Of a stretch of DNA of 64,000 bases, positions 12,601-24,078 are shown piece after piece. A program made the position numbers and the translations under genes. The notes under the pieces are model-generated. The model was given only the letters and a program-made list of their open reading frames with translations. It had not been told where the DNA came from and searched no databases. Origin of the DNA: Oculina patagonica. Its lineage: Eukaryota. Position 1 is the stretch's first letter. The number at the start of each line of letters is the position of its first letter. Location: positions 5,456,001-5,520,000 of the forward strand of contig NC_135766.1 of NCBI RefSeq assembly GCF_052425735.1. The letters run 5' to 3'.

Positions 12601-15600
12601 GGTCAAACAACAACAACAACAACAACAACAACATGATTAAAAAAAATTATTAGCCCTAAAAACGGTATCATCGCGAGAATTCAGCGTTGAATAAAGGGAA
12701 AAATAAATAACTGTGGATTTTCGCATTGAGGCTTGACTAAACCTCTCTTTTATCTTGGATTTCACCGCGAATAGGTCGATCTTGCAAACCAACATTGGGA
12801 TGGAAGCGAATGATCACTCCTGTCTTGATGTTTTCTACTGTAGCTGTGTCTAATGTATAGCAACCTTTTTTCAATTTTTGTTTTTCCTGGAGAAGACTAT
12901 GACCCAATATTTGTCAGTGCCCAATTATGCTCATAGGTGAAAGAATCACTGTACGAGTCAGGGACCTTTCTACGAATACAAAAGAGACCCCCCACACCTC
13001 AATACAAAAACTGTATCTTACTTTTCCTTTTTTTCCTTCTTTCCTTAAAGCTACTAACTGCTGCTTTAGCTGTTGAGAATTTTTCGTTGAAGAAGGAGAA
13101 CACAGTGACTTCACCCACAGAATCTGCGATAAAAAATATTATTGAATTAAGCGTTTCACAATAGTGTGGGAGTGTTATGTACTAATTTCGTTCACTCAAA
13201 CTCAAAACTTTATATACTGCACTATGTTTCAATTAAGAAGATCAGACTGATTAACAAAGTTCACTACAAAAATCCCTCTCGTACCACCGGCCCTTTTTCT
13301 GTTGTTTGCAAACATCATGAAGTAACAACTCGACCTTACAGAAACTAAAATTTAGTAATAACCCGTACCTGGCGAATCTAGCTCCTCCTCCATCTCTTTG
13401 TGCCTTATTTCTTTGCACACTGCGTACGAGATATTTGGAAAAGTTAGTGATTGAGCAGGAATTAAGGATCCGTTGTTCAGAAAGATATATGTTATGTCTT
13501 TGTAAACTTTGGGCATAGTTAATAAAGGGAAGGGAGGGAAGCCCGGCAAACATCAAAGGAGCAAACAAAGACGCCAAGATTTACGTTGGAAGGTCCCCGA
13601 CCCTGCACATCTTTTGTCTTGCGCTCATACACTATGTATGAATTACGTAATCGCAATGTTTCTATTGGTTAGAGTGATTTCATTTAACCCGTGAAACAAT
13701 ATCTACCAGTTTGTACGTAATAGTCAAAAGTAAACAGAAGAAAACAATGGGATTAGTGTCTAATAGTATCTAAAAGTTTAATAACTATTTCACGTGTTAA
13801 CTGAAATCACTCTAGTTGCATGAACATAAGTAATCACCAATTGTATTTTGTCAGGTTTTGAGCAGGGTCAACGCCCAAAATAGCAAACAAAACAAACAAC
13901 AATGAACTTTTCTTTTTTATATAACCGCTTCCCTCTATTAACTATGCTTTGGGCCGATTTGCACTAGCGGACAAATTTAAATGTATAAATTTTTTGAAAA
14001 AAAAAATATATTTTTGTTTTTTGATAAATTTTTTTTTTTTCTCCTTTTTTTTTTTTTTGCGGAGACCTTATTGCCCGAAAAAAAATGACATGGCTATGGG
14101 TTGAAAGCCGAATAAAGAGGCTAATAAATGTGGGCAACAAAACGTGCATTGAAATAGTTGTGTACAAACCTTGCCTGTTTGCTTAAAGGAAACGATAGTT
14201 CTTTAATTAATTTCGTGGCGTTGCCCGCGAAGGTGTCAATGCACTGAATCCTTTTCCTTCGGAAATATTTTATTTATTCACTCGAGTTCAGCAAAAGTTA
14301 AAGTATTTTGGGGGTAGCCAATTAACATTGTTTTATCCCCCACTTGAAAGTAATACAAAAGCGTGTGAAACATTCACGGATGAACGGGTTAAAACATTTC
14401 GTTGAAAGTTTTGAGCTAAGCCCTGAGAACTTTATTAGCTTCATCACATTTGTATCAGCTTTGTTTCAAGGTCTTACACTGGATCCACCGCGCGCAAGCG
14501 CTTAAGCTATGGAAAAGCTGATTGCTACTGAATCAAACGGAGGGGTCACGCAGAATTTTGCGAGAAAAATCGAACATGTTAATAGCAATTTTCGAGACGA
14601 AACGAAAGCAGATAAATGAGAACTTTGGACTTTTGAACTACAGAGTTTGGAATATTTCTAATACTTTTCCTGTTGATGTGACTCGTTTTAAACGTAATGT
14701 TGAGATTTGTCGGCTTATTTTCCATTTTCTCTCAAGGCTTATTGCCCGAATTCTAAGCATTTTGCCCGAAAAATTTCGGCACTGGGGGGGCTGCAGCCCC
14801 CCTCGACCCCCCGCCTCGTACGCCTATGCATGCAACGAGGACCAATCATAACACAACTGCTTCTTTGTTGTCATGAATTGTAAGACAAGCTTTGCGTCTA
14901 AAAAAATGTATTCGCACTTGCTCTCTGCAACAGTTGACACATTAATGATGAAATCTACCAGTTGTTACAAAACTTGTCCCAAGTGCGAATTAATTGGCGC
15001 TTAGAGAAAAGCTTACGACAGTGACAATTCCTGTTCAAAAAGATTGCCAATGAAATAAGTAACCCAGTAGTGTCCTAGAGTAGGGTACCGGATATATGTG
15101 ACTGAAGTACAATTTTGCCTCCTGTAACCGATTTTTGACGCGGTTTTTTTTTTTTTCAAGTTTTCCTCCATGACCTAGCCTGCAAATACAGCTGCCTCTC
15201 TTCGCTCTAGGCTGGTTGTTTACGACAGTTTTACGCAGGCTATCCTTGGTAAGAACCACATTCTTAAAGCATGGAACAAGCGAACGCTTTTAAAAAACAT
15301 TGTCCATGATACTAAAGAGGGTTTAACTATTTAGTATTTGTAGTTTTGGTTGAAGTGCATCGGCGTGTGAAATGAAATCGTTTTGTATTGTCAATTGAAT
15401 AAAGGGGTTTTCCCGAGCAACTCTTGATGAGAAAATGCTTAATTTATTCTGACATCACTACTTTCTATGTTAGCTTTGATCAGTACGCAATCAAGATTCC
15501 TAGTCCATTAATTTCATGAAACATAAATATATGATTTATTCAAGAAAAAAATAAAATAAAATACAATATTAAAAATACATCTTGAAAAGGGAAATACAGA

Positions 15601-16486
15601 TCCACTGTCTTTTTTAAACATTGAATTTGTCAACGAAGACGACAGCAGCGTGTCGGGTGATCACAAAGTTGATTTCGAACAGATAGCGGTGTACCCGGAA
15701 GAAAGTACTTTATTCTTGCCGGGTACTATCTCTAGGGATCGCTCCATTGCAAGAAAATTGAAAAAACGTGGTTGAAAAACTTTAGAAGATTTATATAATA
15801 CAATTGAATATTTGTCACAGGGGTGCAGAATGCAAAGTCAATCACATACGGTACGTTAAAAGGCGAAATTCATGAAAGTATACTGATATAAAAGTAAAAA
15901 GCATCACAGAAGTTGCAGTCGCGGTGAAGAAAGCGGAAAGCATTTGTTTTTTTGTTTTTTTACCGGCGAATGCGGAACAATCAAAACTCGACGATATAGC
16001 CGTTTGTTAATGTCTATCTCTAAATTGAACAATAAAAGGAAAAGAAACATTTCTTAGAGCACATTAACTCTGACATACAAAACAAACCTACGTACCGCAG
16101 CAGAGTATGGGTCCATGTAGATGTCGATACAGAGGCTCCTGTTTAGACTCAAACGAGTGCACCAGATACCAAAATGCGTGCCGGTCTTTTTGCTCCACAA
16201 CTGCAAGTAGCTCGGTAACCTTTCTATCTAAAGTGGGCAATAAGCTGTGATTGAAAATTCTCTCATGATCGAGCTGGTCAAATTGGTTGTGAGCTCTCAT
16301 ATATCTCAGGATATAATGCAAATAATCGTCATTTCGGATTTTGCTCGGAATAAGAACCAAAAACTCGTCCAGGCCTTTTTCTGAGACTCTAAGGAAAGTT
16401 TCGAGAATCTTTTCCGATTCTGGAGTGAGTGTATTTTCCTTTTGAAGGAACTGTTCGCAGTCTTGGAGCTTAGAGTGTTTCGGCAT
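9687..16486 (-). CDS. CARD-like domain protein with C-terminal hydrophobic tail, paralogue 2 (about 362 aa)
   Basis: Exons 16486-16096, 13419-13369, 13123-13022, 12443-12345, 11711-11610, 10671-10567 and 9925-9687 total 1089 nt in one open frame. An in-frame TAA lies upstream of the ATG. The protein ends RRKRAYKAAFTTLSAVSLFTFYPLPVFEFLFLFIYCNLLILLITF*. The last exon is less certain because paralogue 1 cannot confirm it. Confidence 0.72.
10823..11073 (-). mobile_element. tRNA-derived SINE (equivalent to the copy at 448-730)
   Basis: Same sequence family and same intron position in the duplicated unit. Confidence 0.7.
11181..11507. mobile_element. MITE with TA TSD (Tc1/mariner-type ends)
   Basis: TA|CCGTAGAATTCCGGTTATAAGCCC ... 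GGGCTTATAACCGGAATTTTACGG|TA, with internal GGGCTTAT repeats. Absent from paralogue 1. Confidence 0.85.
14050..14828 (-). mobile_element. Truncated hAT-family non-autonomous element
   Basis: Ends in GGGGGGCTGCAGCCCCCC...CGTACGCCTATG, the same terminus as the hAT element at 53238-54345. The other end was not found. Confidence 0.5.
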
Positions 16487-17999
16487 TGCTGCTCCGTCAG
16501 GTTCAAGATCGTAGACGCAATAACTTGGACTCGCTGTTGCACCAGATCTTTAGCTGTAAATAAAATAAATATTTCAAAACAGGAAGTCAAAAATTAAGTT
16601 TCTTACGTCAGCAAATAATAAAAGGGTCAAGTGCTAAGCGAATATTGAGCGCTCATAGATGAACTTTAATGGAATAACATTATGCTTCAGTGCCTGCCGA
16701 TGTAAACAGCTCATTTAATTTTCAGTGCAATAATTTCACAATACATAATCAAAATATAACATCTAAGTGAAACATAAAAATTAACTTCATGTAACTGCAT
16801 GTGCAAAACTGTGCTCAATCACTTTTTGCCGTTAGCTCTTGTTTACTGTGTTGCCTTTCAGTTTCAATGTGTTTATTTAGTTTCCCAGGCTTCTAAGTTA
16901 AAATCACTTATGACCATTTTTACGCAACAATAAACTTCACACTGAATTTGCATCATCATTGTTTACTCTCAAATTAGTAAATACAATTTAAAAATAACCG
17001 CCAAGAAGCTAGTGAAATGAACACCTAACTGAGATGTTAGGTTACAGCGAGTTCAGTCTTTCATGTTTTGACACCATTGGAGATCACACGTTACTTCTTA
17101 ATTGAAATATTTTCTATCAGAGCACTTCTTTAAGATAAATTTGATCAATTGTGTTTACTCTTGAAGGTACAAGTTCAAACACGATCCTTTGGAAACCTAA
17201 TTACGAAAACTTACCGTGTTCCTAAAATGGAACTGAGTTGGCGTGAGAAATGGTCCCACACAATATCGATCGCTGATTGGTTAGTTGAGTCACCAGATGT
17301 TCCTACTTTGCATTTATCACGTGACCGCTAATAATGTTTAATATTTATGACGTATTTACTGAAAAAGGGCTGTAGTGAACTTTGCACTTTATTTAGTAGA
17401 GTTAATTTTAGATTAGAAGATCGACTGCATGTCTAAAAGTCATGTAAGATACTTTAGCCAATCAGGGCGACCGTGCTGTGTTTTTTTTTCAACCAATCAG
17501 AAACAAAGCTATAAGACTAACGTTTGTTTTCACGCGCTTGGGACCAGTCACAAGTTTGGTTAATTTTTCTTGTTAAGTTTTTATTGCACTTTGTGAGTTC
17601 CGAAGTCATAACATTTCCGGGCTATTACAGGTATTCTCATCAGCCCATGTCAACACGGAAAGCTACACTTATGTCCAGGATTGAACGCAAGTATTGTTTA
17701 ATGAGTACTTCATGTTTGACTGTGTTATTTGGCATTTCCATATTACTTCATATTTGACAGAATTTGGTGTGTTTTGGTGAACTTTCATTAATGAGGACAC
17801 TTGGTGACGCCTGTCATGAGGAACGTGAATCTCATTAGCGTTCAATCCTGGACATATCTGGAAAGCTACGGAAGTAATGTCACCCTGAGATTTTGCTTCA
17901 GTTTCTAGAAGGAATTCTTCAATTTCCGGCCTAGTCCCGGCTGTAGAATGACGTATTGAAAATTTGATCTTTAGAGAAACAACAAGGTGCAAGGTAGTT

Positions 18000-18250
18000 T
18001 AAGCTTTCGAGTGTGTGGATGAAACCAGTGTGTGACCACGCGAACGAAATCTATTGAGCAGCACTTTCATAGGGTACTGTTAGTTATGTTCGTGTATAAC
18101 CAACTTTTAAGTCTGCGAGTACAACCCAAGTGTGTAACCATTCAAATGAAAGCTACTGAGCAGTACTTTCATGCGGTACTTTTATTATGCCGTATAAGGT
18201 AGTTCTAACCTGTCTGTGAATTAATCGTTGGTGTGTGACTGCCCAATGGC
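18000..18250. repeat. Minisatellite-like repeat (core CCATTCAAATGAAAGCTACTGAGCAGTACTTTC)
   Basis: Degenerate tandem units. The same core recurs at about 20300-20720 and 33790-33870. Confidence 0.7.
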
Positions 18251-18924
18251 AAGAAAAAATGTTTTAATAGGTACTAAGGCCATCCCAATAAAATGTTTCG
18301 TTTCCCACGCCCCGTTGTGATGATGGGTGGGTCGGGAAAAAAGAAAAACGAAAAAACACTTGGGTTCGAGAAGGCCGGGCGCGGAAAGCCTGAAAGTCAC
18401 TCGAAAACGTGGTCTTTTCGTCGTATTCCTCAAATGTCTAAACAGTCTTAAATAACGAGATCGATGGAAGACTCACAACCATCGTTAAAAAAGATCGTGT
18501 GCTGGTACTCCCTAGTGATCTGGATACTGAAAAAATGGGTCAGGGGCGAGGGAAACGAAACATTTTATTGGGATGGCCATAAATAATTTATTATGTCTCT
18601 CAAAGATAAAGCTGCTCAAGGTGGTTTTCAATTAAAGTATGTGGTAAAAGGGTATTATATGACCATTCCATTAAAAGCTCTTGACCTGAAGTTTTTTTGT
18701 GTTGCTGTGTTACATGCCATAAACTTTTTTGGGGGGGAGGGCGGTGGGTGGGGGTGGGGGTGGGGCTTGGGGTGAAACCCCTGATAGCGGAAGGGTGCAC
18801 ACTTATCACGACTTTCGAAAGAATGTTCATGCTACTGTTCTAAAGAAACCAATTAATTAGTTGGCTTTATAATTAGTTCCACACGAGCCCGAAAAGGAAA
18901 AGCAAGTTAAGCTGAATTAATTGA

Positions 18925-19154
18925 ATGATTGACTGACTGGCTGACTGACTGACTGACTGATTAATTGACTGACTGATTGATTGACTGACTGATTGATTGA
19001 TTGATTGATTGATTGAATGATTAATTAGTTGATTGAGGCTTCCAAATGGAAACAAGTAAGTGACCAAGGCAGCCAGAAGAAACAGTAAATGAAGTTTGAT
19101 AGATTGCAATTGCTTGCTTGGGTGCTTAATTGATGAATTGACCGACTGATATGA

Positions 19155-19246
<92 letters not shown>
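18925..19246. repeat. (GATT)n/(GACT)n microsatellite
   Basis: Directly visible. It explains the SINQ-repeat ORF at 18873-19337. Confidence 0.95.
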
Positions 19247-19247
<1 letters not shown>

Positions 19248-19796
19248 GAAACCTATGAAGGACAAACAATCACGCTTCGGGTGTGTAACTAAGTACGCCA
19301 GATGACTGAACAAGCGAGCTAATAGAGGCAACAACAATAAAAAAATAAAAAAATTGGGTCAATTTTATTAATTTTACATGGTTCTGTTCAGCCTTAGTAC
19401 AAACATGGTGATGCTCAGCCGCCTTGTTACCAACAAAAAACAACTATCTACGGCAAATAATAGAGCTTAGAGAATAGTTACAGTAACTTCTGCAACATTC
19501 CTTAGCCAGTCTCATGGTTAAGGATATTGTGTTCTTAGCCTATGCGCAAAAGATATTTTGAGGCTAGTTCGTGCCATTACCACTGATTTCCTGTAAAAGC
19601 GAGTTGGTTTAGATCCTGTACCATGATCTTGGGGTTATATAAAATTGTGACACAATCATCAGAAATCTTGGAAAGTCCATAGCCACAAAGATAAAAGGAA
19701 AAACTGAAATGGTCAAAATGTACAAATGATTTGACTCTTTGTTATGGCGCTTGAATTTGTTCATGCGCGCTGCTCTGAGTAACCTTTGTTTGTTTG

Positions 19797-22700
19797 TCAA
19801 ACAAAGTCGCTCACAAGTTCAGCCGCAGGCGAGTGCCTTTGATGTCGCTTTTCTTTTCCAGGGTTAACCAAACAAGCCAAGCTTCCGTTGTTATTGGGGG
19901 TAGAGTTTAAGAGTGAGGGAGTAGAGCCACCAAACAGAACAGAAGCAGAACGCCCCAGATGTCTATTTCCCGCCTCCATGTTCGCGGTTTTCATTTGCTG
20001 TAGCTGACCGTATAGTTTACGTATCTCTTCCTGGAAGCAAAACAAGACAAACAGAATTAAGATTATGTAAGCCTAGTGGTCCATCAGGCCGAAACTTATC
20101 CCGGTTTCCTTAGCATGAAGCGACTATAGTATTTCTACTCCCCCTGGATTGGATGCTAGTCCATCGAAGGCTCGAACCCGGACCGCTCGATCCGGAGTCC
20201 AGCGCACAAACCATTAGGCTACTGCACCAACTGAACAGAATTAAACCTGGAGCCAATAATTTTACTTTTAGTCTAATCTATAATCTGTGAACTAGTGTGT
20301 GCAATTGGGTACTGAAACAACAGCTACTGAGCCGTACTCCCTAGTGGTACTGTTGTCTATCGATCAACCCTGCTATGAGGACATTCAAAATGAAAGCTAT
20401 CAGGAGCTGATTTGATATCGCACTGCTTATGATGCAGTACAACGTGGTCTTAAGATTTATTTTTAAGCCCGTGGATAAAAGGCTTACTATTCAAACCAAA
20501 GCTCTTGAGCCCTAGTGCAGTATCAGTGGCAAAAAGGTGGCTCCCATTTTCCAAGTCTGTTGATGAAACCCTAGTGTGGGACCATTCAAATGAAAGATAC
20601 CGAGCAGTACTTTCATGCGGTACTGTTTATCATGCTGTACAAGGTGGTTCTAACGTTCAAGTCAGTGGATGAAACCGCCTATTTTGTGGCCATTCAAATG
20701 GAAGTACTAAGCAGTACTTTGAAGTGGCAACAGGAGAAGCATAAGATGCCACTATAATATATGCATAATGTGTTTGGCACATTCACCTTAAGATCCTCGT
20801 TTTCAGCACTCAAGTTCACCGTGCCTTCTGAGGAGGCCACTGGCATATTAAGAGCAGCTCCTTTTACAGACGCAATCCGACCACTTGTATCAAAGACGTC
20901 CCCACGCCCCTTGATCACACGAACGATCTGTAAAAGAAGATGACATCATGTTTAAACAAGTGAATGGACTGAAATTGCATATGCTACTTAGAGACAGTCC
21001 CAACACTGCAACAGGAAATATGTAATTTTTAACTGACCATGTCTTGGGAACGAATAGGAGGCCTAGAAGAACTCTAACAAGTAAATTACATCGGGTTCTC
21101 TTTGAAGAGCGGACCATACCTTGGGGACGAATACAAGCCCCAGAAGAACAGAGACGCTGAGCTGCACTCTAAAGAACTCCAGCAGGTAAATCATATCAGG
21201 TCCTGCAAGATCCCCAATGAAAAGTCTGCAAATGAATTATAATGAGAAGAGAAGTTACTCGTCAGAAAACTCAAATGCTGTAAGATAGATAGGAGAATTT
21301 GTGCATTGTATCAGAGTTGTGACACACCCTTGATTTCATACCGAATTCACAAACTAAGAAAACAGGCCCCGGTTGTTCAAAAGGTGCATAACACTATCCA
21401 CTGGATAAATCGCTGAAAAAAACACACAAATCGTTGACACACGACGCTATCCAGCGGATATAGTGATTTATCCGGTGGGTAGCGTTATCCACCCTTCGAA
21501 CAACTGTGGCATAACTGGTGTATATTAGCAACCCACTCCAAAATGTGAAAAACGCTGTTATTTCTAATTCCGGCCATGGCCTTGCTGAATAAGTAAACGG
21601 CGATTTCGAATACTCCGAGAGCAAACGTTTTTCATGAAACAATAAACAGGAACTACTAGGCGACTTGCGTGGCGAGAGGAAACTGACGCGAGCGAAAACT
21701 CCTAAAACTTTAGTGGCCTTAGTGTTGCTGCTCGGCGATTGAATGGGGTTAGATAGAAGGCCTGGAACTTGTCGGGAGAAAGTGTTCTCTTCCCGCTGAC
21801 ATTCTGTGCATAATTTTCCCTCGACGCTTAAAAGTCATGACCAGCGAAGTCGTTCCCGTCGTCTTTTGAATTCTGTCAACAGTATTTCGTCAAAGTTTGT
21901 AAATAAAAAAAGCTTTTATTACGGAGCTAAAGTAAATTTAATTAAACTAATTTCCGTGGACACGGTTTTCAAACTTGGTTTTCCAAAATGGTCCTAAGCT
22001 ATCACAAGACGATTTACATTTTTTGTTAACACTGTTTGATTGCTTTTCTCGTCTTTGAAAAGCCGTTTTGTTTGAAAAGACCAAGCGAACAATATACTAG
22101 TCAATTTTGGACTAGTACTAGGACTGGATCCCCAAGTTGGGGCACGTGATACGTTTTGTCCAATCACACAAGAGTATTTAAATGAAAGATAGCACGACAT
22201 TAGCCTGCGAATACAGCCGCCTCTCATCGCGTCCCGCAACGAAAAGCGAAACACGAAGAAAGACGTCTGCGATTCACGGCCAGAAATTCCATACCGATGA
22301 CGTTAACCACTAATAGATTTCCCACACCACACGCAGTTGGTCTTGCTTTATATTTTTTGCTTTCAGCCGCACTACTTGCTTGATCACAAACACTTTCAAG
22401 GCAGTCAAGGACACATTTAAGGGTCATTTACACCGGACAACTTCACGCGAAAATTAGAAATCCCTATACGAGTTGCACATTAGTAAAATTTGGAAAAATA
22501 GCTGCGAAATCACTAGATGACATTGTTTTGGAACTTGAGCGCAACTCTCGGAGGTGTTGGGCCGTAAATACCGATACCGCAACGATCATAACAATTCTTC
22601 TGAGTTCGTTTCTTCTTCCCCGCTGTTTTCAACTTAAATTCTGTTTTTCTATAGCATTTTTTTTGGTTGTGGATGGTTCAGTCGTTCAGGTTTCTGTTCA

Positions 22701-24005
22701 CTTTTGATGCTTGTTTGTTTTGCCGGCTGCCATGTCAACATTAAAAGTTAGGTGACAAAATTGATCTTTTTTAACGGCCGCTGTGGCGCGTCCTCTGTAC
22801 ATCTTTGAGGTCGTTCATCTTATTATAAAGCAGTTTCTTTTTGTTTCCCAATTACATATGAATATAGATATTATAGAAATTCTAAGGTATAGCTTTGGTG
22901 TAGTTTTACGATCCTCCCCCGGCAACTTTTAGTCCGCAATAACATCCGGTTTTTACCGTCGTGTCATGAAGTGTTATATTTCGCATACATATAAAACAGC
23001 GACCAATCAGCGCCCTGTCGGACGGACAGATTTACGTCATCAGTATGGATTCGGCCGTGAACGCAGACGTCTTCTTCGTGTTTCGCTTTTCGTTGCGGGA
23101 CGCGATGAGAGGCGGCTGTATTCGCAGGCTAGCACGACATTGACCTTTCATGTTCTACAGTATCAATTTGAGGACAGTTATCCTAAATGTGAAAATGAAT
23201 GCACTCAGTGGAATATAGCTTTAATATTATTATATACTGTGGACATTGGCAATGATTCAATAAGGTTGCCTTGGAAACAGGTCAAAATAGTACCAGATGG
23301 AGACGATATGTCTAATAGATAACGTCTTTGAGATTTACAATTGTGGAAAATACTCCTTATTAAAAATATTTTCAAGTTTACACCATTCAAGATCACTAAT
23401 TAGAGTTGCAAAGAACTTTCAGTCGCTCAAAAAATTACCGTTTAATAGGTTTTTGACAGTGGGCGCGAAAGAGGCAGGAAGTTTTAATTCATGAATGAAA
23501 AAAGGAATTTTCGCTTTAGATGAAAGCATAATTATAGCAATAACGCAAATACTGACGTCAATTGTTGTTTCTCAGGCAATGATTTACGTAAGTAATGTTG
23601 CACAACTAATAAAATTTCGCTTTGGAGAGGTTATGTTTTATCGAAGGAACGTAGTGTTTTCCTCGTTGAAAAAACCCTTGCAAGACCATAAAAACCTGTC
23701 AAAAAAAGAAAACAAAACAAAATACAAAAGCTGAATCAAACAGCTACCATCTTTATTATTTACTACACAGTATTTTTTCATTTCTCAAATTTTCCCAGTT
23801 TTTCATTAAAAATAAGAAGGATTAGTGGAAACTCAGCTGTGTTCTATTGGAAATCCGCGAATCTGATTGGTTCTCCCACTGATTTCTATTCGCCGATAGA
23901 AAACAGTCGCGCGCTCGCGTAGCTCTTTAAGCGGTAAATTTTCCTGATTTTTGTCTTCAAAGTGCACAATATTGTAGGTCTTGGACTGCAATCCTTTAGA
24001 GTTTC

Positions 24006-24041
<36 letters not shown>

Positions 24042-24042
24042 T

Positions 24043-24078
<36 letters not shown>

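Larger units (their letters stand above)
1..16615. repeat. Tandem segmental duplication of the CARD gene unit (about 1-5530 vs 10259-16615)
   Basis: Colinear exon and intron similarity, e.g. 1-730 vs 10259-11075, 1500-2740 vs 12290-13510, 4410-5530 vs 15400-16615. A SINE sits at the equivalent position in both copies. Confidence 0.9.

Noticed and set aside
18873-19337. 154-aa ORF with SINQ repeats
   Set aside because: It is the translation of a (GATT)n microsatellite.
18000-20720. Recurring CCATTCAAATGAAAG units as a CRISPR-like array
   Set aside because: These are degenerate tandem units without unique spacers, in a eukaryotic context with no cas genes.
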